From Podarcis tiliguerta (Eukaryota): a stretch of DNA of 64,000 bases. A program made the translations under genes and the position numbers. The stretch is taken from assembly GCA_965153285.1 (NCBI GenBank), contig OZ229119.1, one strand, 5' to 3'. The notes under the pieces were generated by a model. It was given only the letters and a program-made list of their open reading frames with translations, searched no databases and was not told the origin of the DNA. Shown here piece by piece: positions 37,748 to 49,752 of the stretch; the stretch's first letter is position 1; every line of letters begins with the position of its first letter.

Positions 37748-40075
37748 CTGAGGGTGCTACTTTGCTGGGCCTTGGAGTTGGCAGATTCTGTTCTCGTGAA
37801 GCTTGTCCACCTTGTGAGTTCTTGTCCCACAGGTTCACATTCTTGTAGTTGTAACTGCTGGGATCTCCCCACGCTGAGGTGCCATCATCAATATCCATTT
37901 TTCGACTAATTGATTGGGGGGATGGTTCTTCCCAGCCACTGGGTTCCTCATCCTTTGAGGCAGTTGGCTGTGGCCCACTGTTCCAGTTAGGATTGGGTGA
38001 CCTCCCATTTCCTGGAGGCTGTGGTGGTGGTGGGCCCCAGGAGCCAGGTGCTTCTGACTGCGGATGGTGTTGCTGTTGCTGATTATTCCAGGAATTGGCT
38101 TGTCTACCAGAATCATTCCATGCTGGAGTTCTTTTATTATTATTATCCCACCCTCCTTTTGAGGAACAGTTTGTATTTGCACCATTACCCCAAGTCCCAA
38201 TCTCATTTTGACCAGCTTCACCCCAGCCTGACATCGACTTGTTTCCTGAACTTTCCCAGTTACTATTTTTTGTTTGGTCAACTTCCTCTCCCCAGCCATT
38301 CTTTCCAGAAGACCACCCTTGATTAGGTGGTCGTCCATTCCACCCTGGGTCTTTGTTGGAATTCTCATTCCAAGATGTTGTCACCTTTTCTTCTTGTCTT
38401 CCTCCTCCCCAATTAGAACAATTGTTCTTGAAATCATTCCATCCTCCAGTGTTTTTGGGCTCTTTCCACTCTGTCGGAGTAGAGAGTTCACCCCATCCAG
38501 ACTTGATTTGATTGCTTTGGCTGGGTGCATCTCCCCAGCCCCCTGAGCTCTTTGTCTGAATGGCAGAACTCTCCCACCCCTCAGTTCCTTTATCAGTCTT
38601 TCCCTCTGCCCTTGGCATCTCTTCTATGTCCCAAACAGTATCTTGCTTGATTTGAGTTTGACCCCAGCCAGTATTTGAAAGCACTCGGGGATCCAAATCA
38701 GTCCTGCTCAACAAAGTTTGCAAGACTGCTTGGCAATCAGGATGTGTAGGCCTATATGATCGACGTCCAGAATTGTGACTGTCACTACTTCCTGCTTTAT
38801 GGTTGCTTCCAGTGCTTTGACCTCCAACCTCACTTCCTGTAGAGCTGGAAGATCTACCCCAACAGGGAGCCTGGGAATTGCCTTGGTTTTCAGGAAGGGG
38901 GTGGCCCTTTTGATTGTCCCATGCTCCAGTGCTAGAATTTGGTTGGTTTGGACCACTCCATTCTCCAATCTTCAATTCATCAGACCCAGACGGCTGTTTC
39001 CATTCTCCCTGAGACACCCCTGATGTCATTTTGTTCCCTTCACTCCATTTGTTTTCACTAGAGTGTTGAGGGCCAATGGTCCAAGACCCATCACCCGTAG
39101 ACCTGTTACTGTTATCCCAAGAATCATTTCGTGACCCATTCGATTTTTGAACAGAAGCTCCCTTCCACGAGTCCTCCCTATCCTTTCCATTGTTCCCATG
39201 ATTTCCAGAATTGCTTTGACCAGAGACACTGTCCATTCCAGAAGGCCCCCTAACTGTACCCCAAGACCCAACACTCCCAGTCTTTCTCTCTCCAGTGCTT
39301 TGTGAAGGGGCATCAGTGTTCCTGGAGGGGTTCCCAAAGCCCATTTCAAAGGACATTCCCNNNNNNNNNNNNNNNNNNNNNNNNNNNNNNNNNNNNNNNN
39401 NNNNNNNNNNNNNNNNNNNNNNNNNNNNNNNNNNNNNNNNNNNNNNNNNNNNNNNNNNNNNNNNNNNNNNNNNNNNNNNNNNNNNNNNNNNNNNNNNNNN
39501 NNNNNNNNNNNNNCCTGCTGTACTAATCTGTGCATTGGAGCCACCATTATCAGATTCTGAAGTCCCTTTCCTTGAATTGCCCTCCTGAATTAGTGCTGGC
39601 CAAGCAGATGGGTTGCTATTTGGGTTGAAATTGCTGAAGCCAGAACTGGGGCCAATTCTGTCCTGCCCACTCAAGTTCCTCCAGCTTGCTAGACCACTAT
39701 TACTCTCTGCTGCAGGATTGGAAGATTGAACAGATTTAGCTTTAGGGTCAGATTTCCAGGCCCCAAGATTACATTCGTTACCAGAGCTTCCAGACTGGCA
39801 CTGGTTTTTTCCTTTTCCTTTGTTACTAGTGGTGCTTCCTGGCAGAGTGCTCTTCTCCAAGCCAGGGTTCGAGGCACTGTTGTTGTCTGTGGTGTTCTCG
39901 GAAGAAGACTCCGTATCTTTGCTGGCAATACAAGGCCACTCTTCCATGTCAGACCTGTCTACAATCACCGCGTCCCAGACGTGAGTTGGGTTGGCATTGG
40001 TGCTGTTGGAGGAGGCTCCAGGACCCCAAGTGGAATTTGCATAATTTGAAGAAGCACCACCTCCAGTTGTTGAAT
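37748..40075 (-). CDS. TNRC6B: TNRC6B giant exon (2328 nt): GW/WG-repeat Argonaute-binding domain; contains a 153-nt N-run
   Basis: ttttag|ATTCA...TCAG|gtattc; coincides with the 753-aa ORF; motifs [24 protein letters not shown] and [29 protein letters not shown]. Confidence 0.97.
39361..39513. other. N-run (153 nt) inside the giant exon, frame-preserving
   Basis: Run of n; length is a multiple of 3. Confidence 0.99.
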
Positions 40076-41859
40076 CTAAAAGAATGAAACTTATTCATAA
40101 TTATACATAAACACATGGAGAACGATAAACAGCACATACCAGTTATTTGCATTATTCTGAATTTTAAAGTATTTACAAGCCATCATTTATGACATTCACA
40201 ATCACAAGATCTATGGTGCCCACTAACTGAGATGACTTTTAAAAAGAATTTAACAAATTCATAGCCTAAATGGCACCTGGATGTTCAGAGGCAGTATGGC
40301 TTTGAATTCCAATTGATAGGGACAGACAATGGGAAGGCTTCAGTCTTCAGGCCTGCTTATAGGTTTTCCAGAGGCATGGAGCTAGTCCAAAGCTGAACTA
40401 GGTAGACCTTGGCTTGATCAAGAAGGGCTACATTAATGTTCTTAACAATGTCACATTTAATTTTGTATGCATTATGTGCCATACTCAGCAAGGAAGAGTA
40501 CTATATCAGGCCAAATAAAATACCTCCTAGTCCTGCAAATTGATAACTGGGCCATCATCAATTGTACCTATTAACTTTCAAGGTTAGCTTGTGAGAGAGG
40601 TGCAAATTAGATGAAAAAACAAAATAACAGTACTTGTTTAGAGTTCCCCAAAGATAACATCTTTTGCAGATAAAAATAATAATCCTTAAAACATTTACAT
40701 TCAGTTACCCTTTAAACACACTGAGGATCTGTTCACTTGGTACCTTCTGGCGAGAAATTTTAGCCCATCTCAAGTCTTGAGCATGCAAGCCTCTCTCCAA
40801 GGTAAAAGGGCAATGAAAAATCAGGTTTACCATAGATATCTGAAAGCAGTATAATAACTGCCTTCTAGAACCAATATCTGTCTGAAGAATTAGCTAGTTA
40901 TCTTTGGGAAGCAAAGGGCAAACATGCTGCTCTTTCCTTGTTTATTCCTAGTATCCAATATTTAATGTGGAAGAGTGCATCTTATTATTTTAAAAGTCAT
41001 GTGCATTTCTGAAAAAACTGCTTCTGCTTCTACTTGGGGGCCGTTTGTGATTTATATGACTAAACAACGTAATGGTTGACACAGTCCCACTACATTTATT
41101 TGGCAACATTCATGAATATTTGGTATGCTTGGTAAAAATACAGAAGATATATTTATATAATTCATTCTTTTAAACTTTCTATTATTATTTTCTTATCTTG
41201 TAATTTTATTCTTCCTGTTTTTATGACTGTTTTTAAGTACAGATAGGATGAACCTTCAGAATCAGCAGCTTGCTGCAATCTGCACTTTGGAACTTTCTTC
41301 TTTATTAGTGCCACTTACTTTTAAGGAAAGGGCTAGGGCTGTGATGTTTTTATTGTATGTGATCTTTAATGTGTATATATTTTAATTCTACTAATGCTTT
41401 TTAAACAAAATATTATAAAAAGATATTTAAGGCAGACTGTGAACATGTTTTTCTTTTTGCTATCATGGCTACCACCTGTAGAGACCTAAACGCCATGAAC
41501 CTAGCATCTTGTAGTTGTGAATTCCATGCTAATTAATTGCATGTGCTACTTTGAAGTACCTCCTTTTGTCAGACCTAAATGTTCTGGTAACCAATTTTAA
41601 TCAGGAGAAGCAAACTTCCATTATAATTAAAGAAAAATTACTTTATACATATTTGTCACCGTTCATCGTTTTGTAAAAAAATGTAACACTCGCCTTCATT
41701 AGACTCCAAATTCATTAGATTATCCACATATAAGGAAGGTGCCCAAAGTTTAAGGATTTTAATTTCCTTTTCTATTCCTACAACATCACTTTTTAATATG
41801 GGCTACCTCCCTATCTACCCAATCAAAAACTGTCTTGAAACAATTCAGGAGGATGTTGT

Positions 41860-42110
41860 TGTTGTTGACACCCGGCTGTCTCAACAGACAATGGAGTGTG
41901 CCTCTGGGGGTTATCAGCACTGAAGTGACCTCCCTGGGGCGCAAGCCTGGGCAGTGTGTATGGAGGTCCTGGGCTGCCCAGACAACAATACTCCCCACCC
42001 TCAGCCTTGCTGATGTGGTCTAAAGGAAAGCAGAGCAATACATTTGGCACCAGCTTGGCTGCAGGAGTTGCCAGGAGGCTTACCATCCAACAGTCTTAGG
42101 AACTCCACTC
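41860..42110. mobile_element. Interspersed repeat fragment, probably non-LTR-derived
   Basis: GC-rich block starting at (TTG)n that resembles a recurrent lizard repeat; family not assigned. Confidence 0.45.
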
Positions 42111-42208
42111 CTTAGCCTTTTCTTGAAGATATTTGGCAAAAAAATAGAGGGTTAGGATCACATAATGTCAAACTCAAACCCAAAGGGAAATAACAAAAGC
42201 TTTCCTAC

Positions 42209-42556
42209 CTGTTGCAGTCCCACTGTCACATGGCAGCAGCACTCCTGTTGTTACTAGTTGTGCGTTGTTTGGATTTACTCCAGGTGCTGGAGAAGGAGGT
42301 GGCCCTACTCCACTCCCAAGGAGCATACAAGATGGCGGAGGGGGCTGCCCNNNNNNNNNNNNNNNNNNNNNNNNNNNNNNNNNNNNNNNNNNNNNNNNNN
42401 NNNNNNNNNNNNNNNNNNNNNNNNNNNNNNNNNNNNNNNNNNNNNNNNNNNNNNNNNNNNNNNNNNNNNNNNNNNNNNNNNNNNNNNNNNNNNNNNNNNN
42501 NNNNNNNNNNNNNNNNNNNNNNNNNNNNNNTAAACTTGGTTTCGTCGCTTCGGGCA
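42209..42556 (-). CDS. TNRC6B: TNRC6B exon (348 nt including a 180-nt N-run)
   Basis: ttgtag|TGCCC...ACAG|gtagga; (V)PEATKPSL[60 codons unknown][47 protein letters not shown]. Confidence 0.93.
42351..42530. other. N-run (180 nt) inside a coding exon, frame-preserving
   Basis: Run of n; exactly 60 codons. Confidence 0.99.
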
Positions 42557-42793
42557 CTACAACAAAATATGTAAATAAGTGTTCTGAATTGTTTTGCAAG
42601 CTGAACAATATGAAAAGCTATATTTAAAATTATTTATGAAAAAACATTTTTAGTATTAAAATATATTTCATGCCCTGATCCTATGAAGCTAATAAGGGTA
42701 GAAGAACTTTGTTTTAAGAAAGAAGTGGAAAATGATCTGCTCAAAGACCAAAAAAACTTATTGTAAATTTTAGAAAAATTAAAAGTCTTTTAC

Positions 42794-42815
42794 CTTTGGT
42801 TTTTTGATCTGTGAC
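42794..42815 (-). CDS. TNRC6B: TNRC6B 22-nt microexon
   Basis: cttacag|GTCACAGATCAAAAAACCAAAG|gtaaaa; VTDQKTK; required to join the phase-0 upstream exon to the phase-1 downstream exon. Confidence 0.92.
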
Positions 42816-42902
42816 CTGTAAGTGAAATGAGAAGAATAAATAAAAATAGCCTTATTAACATTAACTAAGTTAAGCCTGTGTTAAAGGTAAGCTTGTGTTA
42901 CA

Positions 42903-42956
42903 TTTAGGCATATTTGTATATGCCTAAACGTAACCTGTTTAGGCATATACAAATAT
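42903..42956. repeat. Perfect 20-bp inverted repeat with an overlapping alternative 11-bp stem
   Basis: atatttgtatatgcctaaac-gtaacct-gtttaggcatatacaaatat. Confidence 0.95.
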
Positions 42957-43195
42957 TAAAAAGGTCAAACACCTTGTCTTTTTCAGTATTTATACATTTT
43001 GTTTAGCAAAAGATTCTTCCTCCTTTTCAAATACCTAGGCATTTCTTTCATTTTGCAAGTAAGCAGATAAAAGAAAACTGATACTAATGTATGTACTAGA
43101 ACCCAGATAACAGGAATATTTGACACAAGATAGGCAAGAAAATTTACTTTGTCTAACAACTGAAGTGTATGCTCAACGGTACTGTAAGAAATGGC

Positions 43196-43570
43196 TAAGG
43201 GTAAAAGTAAAGGACCCCTGGATGGTTAAGTCCAGTCAAAGGCAACTATGGAGTGCGGCGCTCATCTCACTTCAGGCCGAGGAAGCGGGTGTTTGTCCAC
43301 AGACAGCTTTCCGCGTCATGTGGCCATCATTACTAAACCGCTTCTGGCACAATGGAACACAGTGACAGAAGCCAGGGCACACGGAAACACCATTTACCTC
43401 CTTCCACAGCAGTACCTATTTATCTACTTGCACTGGTGTGCTTTCGAACTGCTAGGTTGGCAGAAGCAGGGACAAAGCTCACCCCAACACATGGATTCGA
43501 AGAGCCGACTTCCCGATTGGCAAGTCCAAGAGACTCAGTGGTTTAGATCACAGTGCCACCCACCTCTCCC
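43196..43570 (-). mobile_element. Sauria SINE (Squam1), near full length
   Basis: (AAAGGT)n-like tail at left; diagnostic GTACCTATTTATCTACTTGCAC...GCTTTCGAACTGCTAGGTTGGCAG core; tRNA-like head at right. Confidence 0.92.
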
Positions 43571-44177
43571 GTTCTAAGAAACAGAGCATCTTAAAGCACA
43601 AGCCTATTTTCTTCCCAGTAATAGATTATCTGAAGAACCACTGCTTTAACAAATTTCAAGTAAGTAAACATGAGCAAGGATACAGATTCTTATACAAGGC
43701 AACATAACACCTGAAGGGGCTACCTCAATGCAGCATATACGCCACGGCTTTCCAACACTGAATGGTCACAAGTGAAAAAACATTGGAATTCTAGCACTAT
43801 TAGATTTCCAACAACTCAACAAATGTTGCAGGGACAAACTGTGCTGAAAGTCTGACTAGGGTAAACACAATGCCACTAAAAGCTTTTCAGTAAGTCAAAC
43901 CAATGTGAATAAAATGCTTAGAAAACAAGACTCTGAATACAATTATTCAAGATTTCTACGACTAGGAAGTTTCCTTAAACTCTGTGTTATTATAAACTTC
44001 GAACCTTTTGGTAAAGAACACTTTACACAACAATGGGGGAAAAATAAATAGTTGAGTTTTAACTATCTCTTCTTAAAATAACTGTGGTTGGTGCAGTGTT
44101 GCAGTATAGTACAACGTGAGTTTATTGTTTGCACCAACCTAGCCAAATCTCTCTTGTAAAATAAACACACATGCAAA

Positions 44178-44352
44178 CAGTGGCGGAGCTTCATGCTCCG
44201 GCATTGGGGGCGGAGAGCAGGTGGGGGAGTGGTTGGTGCACGTCCCGGGAGGCATGATGTGCCGCCTGTGGCAGCGTGGTGCCCAGCGCGTGCGTGGGGG
44301 GGGGGGGAGCCTGGGGCAGTGTGTTCCCCCCGCACCTCTTCCTCCGCCAGTG
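44178..44352. mobile_element. hAT (Tip100-like) MITE, GC/CpG-rich
   Basis: CAGTGGCGGAG...CTCCGCCAGTG TIRs; 8-bp TSD catgcaaa. Confidence 0.85.
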
Positions 44353-46989
44353 CATGCAAAACACCTCTTTTCCCATGTCCATCATTCCAACTGAGAAAAA
44401 CACAGTATAATTCACCTTATTATTTGATACAGGACTGCCCACAAACAACTCTGCCTGATTTACGTTAGTAATGGGGCTTAAGAGAGTTAGCAAAAGATTA
44501 CGGCTATAGGACCCCATTTTTCAACGAGTGCTTCCTGTTTATTTACCATTCAAGAAGCAGGCCCTAAAAGGCTGCAAGCAGACATGAGATCCAAATCCAG
44601 AAATAAAAACCCTTTGAGAGGCCAATTTGAGCACAAGTATTGAAGAGAACACACAGGTTCTAGTCATCGCTCCTCAAATAGCTCAAGACGAAGGCTCCTC
44701 CCCTCTGGTGGGTTATGCAGGATGCTTTAAGATGCTTCCTGAAGGAGGAACCATCCGGATCTCCCCAGACTGGCCCTGTCTCACAAGTGAACAATCGTGG
44801 TTCTCCTGAGCTCACATAGTGCTCAGTTTTGGCAGATGCATAAATCTGTATTTTACTTTTGCTTTTATTTTATTTATTTTTACTGGAAACCCATTCACAG
44901 CTTTGCGCTGCCCCAACTCCAACCCACCAACTGTGCTTGCTTAACAGGAAAGTGGGGGTGGGGGTGGGAAGGCCTCAGTCAAGACAGGGCATAAGGGGCC
45001 AAGCAGTCAAAAGAAAAGCTCAGAGAGCGGTGGGAAGAAATTGTGCAGCAGTAACTGGTGTGTGCCTGCCCTAGACGCTGGCACGGTGTTGTTGTTGTTT
45101 TAATTTAACAGAGTCACAGGAGAGTGGTTGGGGCAGAGTGTGCCAATCCGTCTGAGAAGCCAACACATTTTCCTCTCCAATACTGGGAGAAATTGTCCAA
45201 AAGAGGATGCAGGCAAGCAGCACCCTCCCTGCACTTTCCTACCCAAGGCAGGAGGGACTGCAAGCTCACATTACAATGGCTGTAAGGGCATCTACTCACT
45301 CACTCAGGAGGACTTCAGAACAGAGGGAGACCCCAGACAAGAGTAGGCGCTGCTAACCCTGATCCTGTGGCCATGTTCTTACCAGGGGAGTATGATTTGT
45401 CCAGATTTTTAACCTGGGTTGGTGGCATAGTGGCTCAGGAAGCACAAGGGGCAAGCCCCCCCCCCCACTACTGAGTTAAGACTCTCACTACTGTCCTGTC
45501 CGTCCCCCCATCAATCCCATGGGTTTTTGGTTTAAAAAGGTGGGGAGAGACTAAGGGGGGACATGACTGTCATTCATAAAATTATTAACTAGACAGTGAA
45601 AAATGGAAAGAATGTCATCTTTCTTATAACACTAAAATTGGGAGGTCACTTACCACTGACTGGGAATAGATTATGGGCAGACAATAAGAAGGGCTTTACA
45701 CAAAGTACAGGTTACATGGAATTCACTGTCATAATACGTAGAGATGGCCAGTGGCTTAGATGTCTTTATGCATTTGTCTAATCCCTTTCTAGAGGAAAAT
45801 TATAATGGAAGCTATCAGTCACTACAGTTAAATAGCACCTCCAAGCTCAGAGGCAGCATGACCCTGAAAATCAGTTTGGGGGGGGTGAAGGAGGGAAGCC
45901 TGTATTTAAGTTGATCAAATGGTGTAGTGTGTACTGTTAAGGAATACTGTTATAGAATACTGTTAAGGACTGTTGAGGAAAGGCAGTGAGAAGGGGTGTT
46001 TTGCAGCTGTTTGATTATTATTTTAAAATAAAGATAAGCAAAGATATTGTGGGAAACCTTTTATTCCATCGTCCCAGTAGCTGTGCAAACTCGGTTGGTG
46101 AAGAAGATCCAACATAAAGAATCAAGATGCCATTTCCCAAGGCTGACAACAGAATCAGTACCTGTATCCTCTGTGTTGTATTTTCATAGGATTGGGAGTA
46201 GGGCTGGGGGGAATGATCCAGTACCACCAAGACACTCAGGAAAGTGACTCACTAAGTTACTGAAAAGTTTCTATTACTTCTATGACTTAAGGTGCCTTTG
46301 ACAGCTGCCATAATGGAAGCTCTGATTCCGATCTGTTATCTCTGAAGACTTAAGGTACCACGCGATAAATACGCAATAATGGTTTGAAGCTTCTATAGCC
46401 CATTTTCAACACTGCATACACGGAGTACTGTACCTATGGACCAGCAAGCTAACATCTGTAAAGAGCCACAGTATAAAGCACTGATGTAGAAGGCCAGTGA
46501 GCAGCAAAAAAGGTGGTTTGTTATTACACTATTAATGGGAACACCTTGCCCCGCCTGTGCCTCCAGGTGACAGTGCTTAGAAATCACCTCCTGTCTCTGC
46601 AGTCATCTCAAAGAGAATGGGTTGGTGCTAAATCGATGTTCTGTCTCTCCTGGCTCATCAAGAAGATCTAGATCAAAAAGATGGGTGGTTTTTCAGGCAG
46701 TATTGAATATTCCTGCCTACGTCAAACTTCACATTTAATAGGTCTGAGGAATTAAGAGCTAGTTTTTTGTACAGTAAACCAGAAAGAGCAACATAAAAAG
46801 ATGTAAAAATGCCATCAATTTTTACTTTAAAGGTCTTTGCTCATCAGAATTTAAGATGCCCTGTTCAAATATACATCATTAGCCACAACAAATCTTTATG
46901 AGTGCTTTTCTAAGGCTGAAGATTCTATTGCTCTGACGTATCAGGTCCTGGGGAAGTAGACCAACAAGAGGAGAAAAAGCCTCAACAAT

Positions 46990-47540
46990 TTTTAGATTCT
47001 GCTGCTTGAAGAGATACATCATCTAAGGCCCATTTTTTGTGTGCCCCCTCCAGAAGAGGTCTGGAGGGTAGCAACACAAGAATGGGTCTTTTCTAGGGTG
47101 GCTTCCCATTTGTGGAATATGCTTCCCAAGGAAACTCACCTGGCACCTTCATTACAAATCTTTAGGCGCCAGGTGGAAATGTTTCTCTAAAACCAGCCCT
47201 CTGGCTGATTAAACATTATATGGCCTTTTAAATGTGTCTTTGGAATTACTGGTTTGTTTGGTTTTTATGTATTTTGTGTTCTCATTTTGCATTTTTATGT
47301 TATGAAGCACCCTGTGATCTTCAGATGAAGAACCATATACTATACAAATTTAAACAGTAATAGTAATAAATACAGCATGGGAGAGTGACTAGAGTGTTCA
47401 AATCCCCACTCATCCATGAAGTTCACTAAATTATGTTGTGCCAGCCTAACTTACCTCACAGGGTTAATGTAAGGATAAAATTAAGGCGGGGGGGGGGGGG
47501 AGTGTGTATGCTGCCTTGAGCTTCTTGAAAGAAAGTGCCC
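46990..47540 (+). mobile_element. L2-type 3' end followed by a MIR/CORE-like SINE fragment
   Basis: L2-like 3' region with A-rich tail; then GTTCAAATCCCCACTCA...CCTAACTTACCTCACAGGGTT. Confidence 0.6.
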
Positions 47541-48226
47541 TAGAATCTTTCTGAAACTGCATATGCAAAGTTAACTTCCATCACGCTAACCTTTTATAGT
47601 TATTTGAGACTGTTAACTAGTATATAGATAGAGGTGATCCAGCTGACATTATGAACTTTGACTTTCAAAAGGCTTTTGACAAAGTACTTGACAGATACTT
47701 TCAGGTACGTTTAGCAATCATGAACAAGAAGCAAGGTCCTCTTTATGGATCAGTAACTGACAAGAAACATCAAGCAGAAAGATGGAAATGTGGAAAATCG
47801 AGTCCTCCAAGAATAAGTACTGAGACATGTGTTATTTAACTTGATCATAGTCTACAGCTAGGGACAAGCAGTGATGTAATCATTTTTACCGGTGATACTA
47901 AATTGTTGAAGGTGATTAAAACAAAAAGGATTGTGAAGATCTCCAAAAGTTATCGCCAAACTGGGTGAACGGGCAGTAAAATGGCAAATACATTTCAATG
48001 TAAGCAAGTGTAAAATTTCACATGTTTGTTCATGCAGTGTTGGTGACTGATCAGAAACGAGACCTATGGGTCATAATGAAGAATTTGATGAAGCAGCTAA
48101 CTGTGTGTGTGCCAGCTGTGAAAATGGTTAATTCTATGCTAGGAATCATCAGAAAAGTGGTTGAAAACTAAAGTGTCAATATCATAATACCATTATCCAA
48201 ATCTATAGTGTGATGCATTTGGAATA

Positions 48227-48459
48227 CAGTGGTACCTCGGGTTATGAACTTAATTCGTTCTGGAGATCTGTTCTTAACCCGAAACTGTTCTTAACCTGAG
48301 GCGTGCTTCTGCTAATGGGGCCTCCTGCTGCTGCCGGCGTGCAATGTCCGTTCTCATCCTGGGGCAAAGTTCTCAACCCAAGGTACTACTTCCGGGTTAG
48401 CAGAGTTTGTAACCCAAAGTGTTTGAAACCCAAAGCATTTGTAACACGAGGTACCACTG
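48227..48459. mobile_element. Tigger-like MITE nested in CR1
   Basis: TA|CAGTGGTACCTCGGGTTA...GAGGTACCACTG|TA; splits the CR1 sequence ttggaaTA/ctgtgt. Confidence 0.92.
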
Positions 48460-48623
48460 TACTGTGTACCATTCTGGGTCATTTTACCTCAAAAAGTGTA
48501 TTACAGAGTTGGAAAGGGTTCAGGAAAGGGCACCTCTACTATAAAGAAAGGTTACAACATTTTGGATTTTTTTGTTTAAAGGTATATAAAGTTATACATG
48601 GTGCAGAGAAAGCATAGAAAAGT

Positions 48624-48644
48624 TCTCTCTCTCTCTCTCTCTCT
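48624..48644. repeat. (CT)n microsatellite; others: (TA)n about 4247-4270, (CAA)n about 5400-5445, (CA)n about 6345-6400, (GAT)n about 15227-15257
   Basis: Directly visible. Confidence 0.9.
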
Positions 48645-49664
48645 CATAACACTAGAACTCGTAAACATCCATTGGAATCAAATGCTGGAAGACTTGGAAC
48701 AAAAATAAGATAGCACTTGTTCACAAGTGCATAGTTAAGCCATGGAATCTGCTCCCATAGAAGGCAGTGATGATCACCAACTTGGATGGCTTTAAAAAGA
48801 GGATTAGATAAATTCCTGGAGGACACAGCTATAAAAAGCTACTAGCCAAGATGACTATTATATTCTGTCTCCATTGCTGGTGGCAGCAAACCTCTGACTA
48901 CCAGTTTTGGGAAGCATAAGGGGGGAGAATGCCATTGGACTCACAGGCATTGAGTTGGCCACTGTGAGAACAGGATGCTGGTCTATATGGGCCACTAGTC
49001 TGATCCAGAAGGCTCTTCCTATGTTCTTAAATGTGGGGTACAAGTGTAAAAATTAAAATAATCCCCCCTCAACATGGGCTGTAGACAAAACGCTGTTTCT
49101 GCATGTGCTTTAATGAAGGCAATGTATGAGTCAATAATCCCAGGACCTCAGCCACAGGAGTTTGGGAACCACTCCAAGCAGTTTCAATTCATGTGCTCAA
49201 GTAAGAAAGCTAATAGAAGCACAAAGGGTCTTGCACTTACCAATGTAAAATACATCTTGGGAACACTTCTCGGATCCATAAATAGATTTATTTAAAGCAA
49301 TCTTATAATTTGCTACTCACCTGCATGTCTGAGAAAGCAGCAATTGTTGCCAGACAAGCACCCAAGTTATAAACGACACAGAGGAAACCAGCTGCTTTTA
49401 CAGCTCGATCAACACTGATCTATGTTTAATATGGCATGACTGAGATGATTGCATGCAAACCTCAAGATAAATCCTCTTCTAGCTTTAAAGGAAAAGGATT
49501 CTAACTAGAAAATACAGAAGATGAGCTGAGATGTACATGCAGCATTGCTGGGATGGGTGAGTGAGAATATAGTAGTTGCAGTAATCATAGTGCCTGATGC
49601 TCACTGGTCCACTATTATAAATGGATGACCTTACAAAGTATGATCAAACAAATACCTGGCTTAC

Positions 49665-49752
49665 CTTCTGAGTAGATTCCTTCTTTTTCTTATCCTCTTT
49701 CTTTCTTCTCTTGTCTTCCATTAACTGTTCTTCCTTTTCTTGCTCCTTCTCT
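49665..49752 (-). CDS. TNRC6B: TNRC6B 5'-most coding exon in the window (88 nt), K/E-rich coiled segment
   Basis: ttaacag|A GAG AAG...CAG AAG|gtaagc; [29 protein letters not shown]. Confidence 0.94.

Larger units (their letters stand above)
47610..49029 (+). mobile_element. CR1 LINE 3' portion, interrupted by a MITE
   Basis: DFQKAFDKV, FNVSKCK and HLEY|CV motifs; squamate CR1 3' UTR ending CTATGTTCTTA. Confidence 0.85.

Noticed and set aside
37835-40152. Overlapping alternative-frame and antisense ORFs on the giant exon (up to 177 aa)
   Set aside because: Shadow ORFs of a biased G/S/N/W-rich coding exon; one is inflated by the N-run.
44600-45110. Possible alternative first exon or enhancer between the 88-nt exon and the microexon
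   Set aside because: Non-repetitive and moderately GC-rich, but I could not support a promoter or splice-site pair from sequence alone.
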